Of a stretch of DNA of 29,346 bases, positions 25,406 through 29,346 are shown one piece after another; position 1 is the first letter of the stretch; each line of letters starts with the position of its first letter. The DNA is taken from the IMG/VR virus record IMGVR_UViG_3300009849_000002, positions 1 through 29,346 of that record. One strand, 5' to 3'. The notes beneath the pieces are model-generated. The model saw only the letters and a list, made by a program, of their open reading frames with translations. It was not told the origin of the DNA and made no database searches. This stretch comes from a virus (Duplodnaviria > Caudoviricetes). A program made the translations under genes and the position numbers.

Positions 25406-25845
25406 ATAGATGTGCGAATGAGAAATTTAAAAGATACAGGAAAAGAGAGGTTTTCTTTCAGATAGCTAGAGATAAGGGTAATAAATATATTGATTCAAAG
25501 ACAAAAAGAGAGCTTTGCATTGAATTAATAATGTCAGGCATACCAGTAAGGGTGCAAAAAGGAAAAATGCTGTTAATAAAAAACCCTCTGTCAACAATGA
25601 TATCAACTAGTAGCGATGATTTAGATTGCGGTCTTGGTTATCTCTCTGGAGATTTAAAACGCCATATAGAGAGTTTATTTTTAGATGGAATGAATTGGGG
25701 TAACCATGGTGATTGGCGTGTTGATCACATAAAGCCAGTATCCAAATTCATTGAGCGTGGAATTTACGATCCTGCAAAAATAAATGCTCTCACAAATCTG
25801 CAGCCATTATGGGCAAAAGATAACTTATCCAAGGCGGCAAAGTAA
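25402..25845 (+). CDS. HNH endonuclease-like protein
   Basis: LKRHIESLFLDGMNWGNHGDWRVDHIKP...TNLQPLWAKDNLSK. Confidence 0.8.
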   Translation: MNRCANEKFKRYRKREVFFQIARDKGNKYIDSKTKRELCIELIMSGIPVRVQKGKMLLIKNPLSTMISTSSDDLDCGLGYLSGDLKRHIESLFLDGMNWGNHGDWRVDHIKPVSKFIERGIYDPAKINALTNLQPLWAKDNLSKAAK

Positions 25846-25873
25846 TTATTTAAAACAAGCAAGGAGATGAAGC

Positions 25874-26662
25874 ATGATTGAGCACTACACACTAGCCACA
25901 GTAAGCAAGAAAGATCTAGTTAACGCTTTCGACTTAACAGAAGATGATGCAAAGCTAATTCACCGCTACCGAAATCAGCTTCCTGCGATTATTGACGCGG
26001 AAGGTGAAGAGGGTTTTTGTGTTGATATGCGAATGCTTCATAGTCAACTAAAGGTTAAAACTGATTTTAGAAAATGGTCAGAACGCAGACTAAAACATTT
26101 TATTGAAGGCGAAGACCAACGGACACATTTGACCGTTGGGGGAAATGGCGGGAAAGCACAACGCGATCACATGTTAACAGTTGATTGTGCAAAGCAAGTG
26201 GCTATGATGGAAGGTAGCGAAATCGGACAATTAGTTCGCAAGTATTTTGTTTTGTGCGAAAAGCTAGTTATTCGCATGGCCAGAAGAAACCCAATCCGCC
26301 AAAACTGCAAAGACTCAACTAAGCAGATTTACGAAAACCTATCAAAGCGAGTGGTTAAATCTAAACAGCCAAAGATTATGGCTGAGATGCACGCAATAGT
26401 TTGCACTGTGGCTACTGGTGCCAGACCTTCAGTGTGGAAGAAAATGATCGGAGTTGAAAATGTCCGAGACTTTCTAAAAGAAAACGCATCAACCAGTGAA
26501 CTAACAAGATACGATCAAGTTGCTATGATGATTGCAATGTTAACCAATGACATTCAGCAAACTAAAAGAAGCGTGCGAGAGCAGTTAGAGCGCTCATTTG
26601 GCGAGTCAGATATTTACTTAACATATCTGCATAAATCAGGCGTTAGTGAATTTGATGATTAG
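25874..26662 (+). CDS. AntA/AntB-domain antirepressor
   Basis: VDMRMLHSQLKVKTDFRKW and LTVDCAKQVAMME..EIGQLVRKYFVLCEK motifs. Confidence 0.82.
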   Translation: MIEHYTLATVSKKDLVNAFDLTEDDAKLIHRYRNQLPAIIDAEGEEGFCVDMRMLHSQLKVKTDFRKWSERRLKHFIEGEDQRTHLTVGGNGGKAQRDHMLTVDCAKQVAMMEGSEIGQLVRKYFVLCEKLVIRMARRNPIRQNCKDSTKQIYENLSKRVVKSKQPKIMAEMHAIVCTVATGARPSVWKKMIGVENVRDFLKENASTSELTRYDQVAMMIAMLTNDIQQTKRSVREQLERSFGESDIYLTYLHKSGVSEFDD

Positions 26663-26688
26663 CGAACAACCATTATAGGTGATTTGGC

Positions 26689-26766
26689 ATGAAACCTCAC
26701 TCAACAACAGAAATTAACGCAATCCAGGAATTGAGTGGATCGCAAGTCGTTACGCGAGTGAATTAG
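26689..26766 (+). pseudogene. Truncated paralog of the 28010 ORF (25 aa)
   Basis: MKPHSTTEINAIQE versus MKHSPEQINAIQA; shared 13-mer AACGCAATCCAGG; RBS aggtga. Confidence 0.55.
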
Positions 26767-26776
26767 GAGAATAACA

Positions 26777-26923
26777 ATGAAACATCAGCAAAAACAGCCA
26801 CAGAAACAGCCACAACAGCAACAAAACAAAAAGACTAGCGATATCCTTACTGATTTCATCAACGCTTTAAATCGCAGTCTACGCACACCAGGCAATGAAA
26901 GTTTAAAAGATAATTTTAGTTAG
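26777..26923 (+). CDS. Small Gln-rich hypothetical protein (48 aa)
   Basis: Hand-translated MKHQQKQPQKQPQQQQNKKTSDILTDFINALNRSLRTPGNESLKDNFS; RBS aggag. Confidence 0.6.
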   Translation: MKHQQKQPQKQPQQQQNKKTSDILTDFINALNRSLRTPGNESLKDNFS

Positions 26924-26932
26924 GAGTTAATT

Positions 26933-27520
26933 ATGAAATTTATTTTACCACTTAGAGTGTTTTTGAATGCAATTCAATGTCAAGCAGATAGAGATGTAAG
27001 AAATTACTTAAACGGTGTTCATATTTCAGCCAATCGCGTTCAAGCGACAAATGGACACTACGCATATAATGCATTCGTTAAAGATTATACTCTTCCTGAA
27101 TGGGTTGATTTTGATAATAAGTATCCAGTTTCCTTGATTATTGCTATGAAACAAAAAATCAGAAAGCCAACAAAAACAAAAGGAGAATGCTTCGCTGTTA
27201 TTGAGTCAAACAATAATGATGTGATTGTTACTGTAATAAATTGGATTGGCGAAAAGATAGGTTGTTACCTTGGTGAAATTATAGAAGGTAGGTTTCCTAA
27301 TTTTCATAGAATCTATTCAGAACTCAAAACAGAAAAGGAAAATATTTCGGTAGGATTTAATGCTGAGTACCTCGCAATAATGAAAGGTTTATCAACAAGT
27401 AAGCTTGGATCTGTAAAGATGACAACTCACGGAGAAAACAAAGCAACAGTATTTGAATTTCTTGATGGATGCAATGAATACTTTAGTCAAGAATTTATTC
27501 TAATGCCAATGAGGTTATAG
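26933..27520 (+). CDS. Shortened DNA polymerase III beta-clamp (DnaN)-like protein
   Basis: DVRNYLNG, ATNGH, EGRFPNF, VGFNAEYL and C-terminal LMPMRL motifs in only 195 aa. Confidence 0.85.
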   Translation: MKFILPLRVFLNAIQCQADRDVRNYLNGVHISANRVQATNGHYAYNAFVKDYTLPEWVDFDNKYPVSLIIAMKQKIRKPTKTKGECFAVIESNNNDVIVTVINWIGEKIGCYLGEIIEGRFPNFHRIYSELKTEKENISVGFNAEYLAIMKGLSTSKLGSVKMTTHGENKATVFEFLDGCNEYFSQEFILMPMRL

Positions 27521-27522
27521 TC

Positions 27523-27753
27523 ATGATTAACGAATATTTCGCATCAGGTAAAATTTACGAAAAAGTATTCGGTAAATTAATTATGGTTGAGCATTTCAGT
27601 ATTGCTATTATGTTAGACCGCACTATGAGACTCAATATTGTTAGAGATAAAATACTGGGAGAAGTGGCGCAACTTTACTGCTACAACAAAAATGATATTC
27701 ACATTGAAACATTATCATTAATCAAACAAGAAACAACCGGAGAAAAATTATGA
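27523..27753 (+). CDS. Hypothetical protein
   Basis: RBS gagg; coupled operon member. Confidence 0.6.
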   Translation: MINEYFASGKIYEKVFGKLIMVEHFSIAIMLDRTMRLNIVRDKILGEVAQLYCYNKNDIHIETLSLIKQETTGEKL

Positions 27754-28013
27754 ATGGCAAGAAAAGACAATTAACCGATGAAGAATACAAAACAGTAGAA
27801 AAAATGACGAGGAAAGGTTATCGAGTGCGTGACATTGCGGTAAAACTAAATCGTTCAGCGTCAACAATTACAAAAATGAGATTGCGATTAAATCTCGGTC
27901 GCAAATCAGAAGAATCGAAACGGATTTACGCAAAAATTGAAAATGAACCGATATTTAATTGTGTTGAGTTTAAAGATGACGCATTCAAATTGTTAACAAG
28001 TGTATTCAGATGA
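27750..28013 (+). CDS. HTH DNA-binding protein
   Basis: LTDEEY...GYRVRDIAVKLNRSASTITK HTH pattern. Confidence 0.72.
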   Translation: MNGKKRQLTDEEYKTVEKMTRKGYRVRDIAVKLNRSASTITKMRLRLNLGRKSEESKRIYAKIENEPIFNCVEFKDDAFKLLTSVFR

Positions 28014-28225
28014 AACACTCACCAGAACAAATAAACGCAATCCAGGCAGTAGCAAAACGCTGCTTGGATGAACTAAGAAAATGCAATCATAAAGACTTGG
28101 ATAGCATGAAGTTAGTAATTGACAAACATTTTAAACAAGTGGAACCAATGGGATTTATCAAAGCCGAACTACAAGTTGAAATTGGTTATCTTAGCGGTTC
28201 GCTAACAGATAGGAGAAATATGTGA
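28010..28225 (+). CDS. Hypothetical protein
   Basis: Start/stop overlaps with both neighbours. Confidence 0.7.
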   Translation: MKHSPEQINAIQAVAKRCLDELRKCNHKDLDSMKLVIDKHFKQVEPMGFIKAELQVEIGYLSGSLTDRRNM

Positions 28226-28689
28226 TGAGAGAGTTAAAATTTAGAGCATGGGATAAGAAAACAAAAAAAATGCGAGAAGTTGAAAGCATTGGATTTGGAG
28301 CTATATCTTACATGAAAGATGGTTATCCAGTTTGTAATATGATTGGACGTGATTGCATTACTAATGAAGATATGATTATTCATAGAGACTCTCCTGACTT
28401 TATATTGCAACAATTCACAGGATTAACCGACTCAAAAGGAGTTGAGATTTATGAAGGTGATATTGTTAAGTGTTATCATTTTACTGACGATAGCGGTCAC
28501 CACTTTATAAAGCACATAATTAAGTGGTCGGAAAAATTTAATGGATGGTTTGCTATGAATGCGAAGTCAAAATCAGATGATGATGGAAGTATTCAGTTGT
28601 GGGTTTACATGAAATCAAATAAGCACACAACTGAAGTTATCGGCAACATTCACCAAAATCAAGAACTACTGGAGAACAGCAATGATTAA
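28222..28689 (+). CDS. YopX family protein
   Basis: MRELKFRAWD, QFTGLTDSKGVEIYEGDIV, EVIGNIHQNQELLE. Confidence 0.92.
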   Translation: MMRELKFRAWDKKTKKMREVESIGFGAISYMKDGYPVCNMIGRDCITNEDMIIHRDSPDFILQQFTGLTDSKGVEIYEGDIVKCYHFTDDSGHHFIKHIIKWSEKFNGWFAMNAKSKSDDDGSIQLWVYMKSNKHTTEVIGNIHQNQELLENSND

Positions 28690-28752
28690 CAAACTACCAA
28701 GGCGCGATCAGTGCGCAGAGCGAAACTGGTTAGAATGGTTGAGGCATACAAA

Positions 28753-29136
28753 ATGAGTGACATTAAGAAAGTATCTGATTACATGATTGATGTTAAACGT
28801 CCGGTTACATGTAAAGAGATTTGCGATAAGTTTGGCATGCATCCAAAGCAATTTCAAAATATCATTAACGCTTTAAAATCAAAACACAATTATAAAATTG
28901 ATTACATAAAATCTTATTACATACATCCAGGGCAAGATAAAATTAAGCAAAGCGTGATCAGTGAGATATACGAAATCATCAGCTCTTGTCCTGATGATGA
29001 ATTTTACACAAATGAAATAGCAGATTTAATTGATTGTAATGAATGCACAGCCAGGCATGCACTTAGTGATTTAGTTAAGGCCGGTAAACTTAAAAAGAGA
29101 AAAGATGGAAATATATCAATTTGGTCTGCAAAATAA
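28753..29136 (+). CDS. Tandem winged-helix DNA-binding protein
   Basis: PVTCKEICDKFGM and FYTNEIADLIDCNECTARHALSDLVKAGKL; ATG 28753 after gagg RBS. Confidence 0.68.
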   Translation: MSDIKKVSDYMIDVKRPVTCKEICDKFGMHPKQFQNIINALKSKHNYKIDYIKSYYIHPGQDKIKQSVISEIYEIISSCPDDEFYTNEIADLIDCNECTARHALSDLVKAGKLKKRKDGNISIWSAK

Positions 29137-29150
29137 ATATAATTGAAATG

Positions 29151-29178
29151 TTGCAAAAATAGGAGTATGTAGTAAAAT
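29151..29178 (+). promoter_or_regulatory. Putative sigma70 promoter for the terminal structured leader
   Basis: TTGCAA-16 nt-TAAAAT just upstream of the first hairpin. Confidence 0.5.
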
Positions 29179-29184
29179 TGTATA

Positions 29185-29330
29185 TGTAGTCGAAAGGCTA
29201 TAGCGGTGTGAGAGCCGTTAGAAAGCACAATTGACAGTGGGTTTAGTAAGTAGCAATCTCGGTGGGCTTTTATAGACTGTCAGTTTGCGCCCCACTCTCA
29301 ACGGGGTTGTTACTCACTAAGCCCTTTTTT
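29185..29330 (+). ncRNA. Structured leader RNA / attenuator, reminiscent of C4-type phage antisense switches
   Basis: Two 5' hairpins, a long 3' stem ending in T6, a competing stem, and loop-bulge complementarity TGAGAG/CTCTCA. Confidence 0.6.
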
Positions 29331-29346
29331 GTATCTGTGGTAAAGT

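Larger units (their letters stand above)
1..29346. mobile_element. Segment of a siphovirus-type phage or prophage genome (packaging, head, tail, recombination and early modules)
   Basis: Canonical terS-terL-portal-head-neck-tail-fiber order followed by erf, ninG, antirepressor and yopX; no host housekeeping genes seen. Confidence 0.97.

Noticed and set aside
28682-28756. 24-aa ORF MINKLPRRDQCAERNWLEWLRHTK between yopX and the wHTH gene
   Set aside because: It has an RBS and overlaps both neighbours, so it may be a coupling peptide or remnant, but it is too short to call
29185-29330. tRNA gene
   Set aside because: No cloverleaf, TTCGA T-loop or CCA end; the pairing pattern fits a leader or attenuator
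1-29346. CRISPR array, integrase/att site, lysis cassette, alternative genetic code
   Set aside because: No regularly spaced repeats, recombinase, holin or endolysin motifs were seen, and genes are full length under the standard code

Overview
The whole window is one continuous piece of an AT-rich tailed dsDNA phage genome with siphovirus gene order. The host is probably a gammaproteobacterium, possibly marine (inference). Bases 69-21052 (+) are the morphogenesis arm: TerS, TerL, portal, an inserted HslV/proteasome-beta-like Ntn hydrolase, head morphogenesis protein, scaffold, major capsid, accessory virion genes, a minus-strand moron with its own promoter, neck genes, tail tube, tail chaperones with a -1 frameshift, tape measure, tail tip genes, a modular tail fiber and its chaperone. 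The arm ends at a bidirectional terminator. Bases 21191-22853 (-) are a recombination operon (RHH regulator, DnaQ-like exonuclease, Erf) that still carries fragments of two other recombination systems: a Sak4/AAA_24 ATPase N-terminus and a lambda Exo C-terminus. Bases 22980-29136 (+) are early/accessory genes: small acidic ORFs, NinG, MazG-like, an acr-aca-like promoter/small ORF/HTH cassette, HNH, AntA antirepressor, a cut-down beta-clamp homolog, YopX and a wHTH protein. The window ends in a structured, attenuator-like RNA. No integrase, CI repressor, lysis or core replication genes are visible; they may lie outside the window. All family calls come from motif recognition by eye, not database searches. 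Several small ORFs missing from the supplied track were translated by hand.
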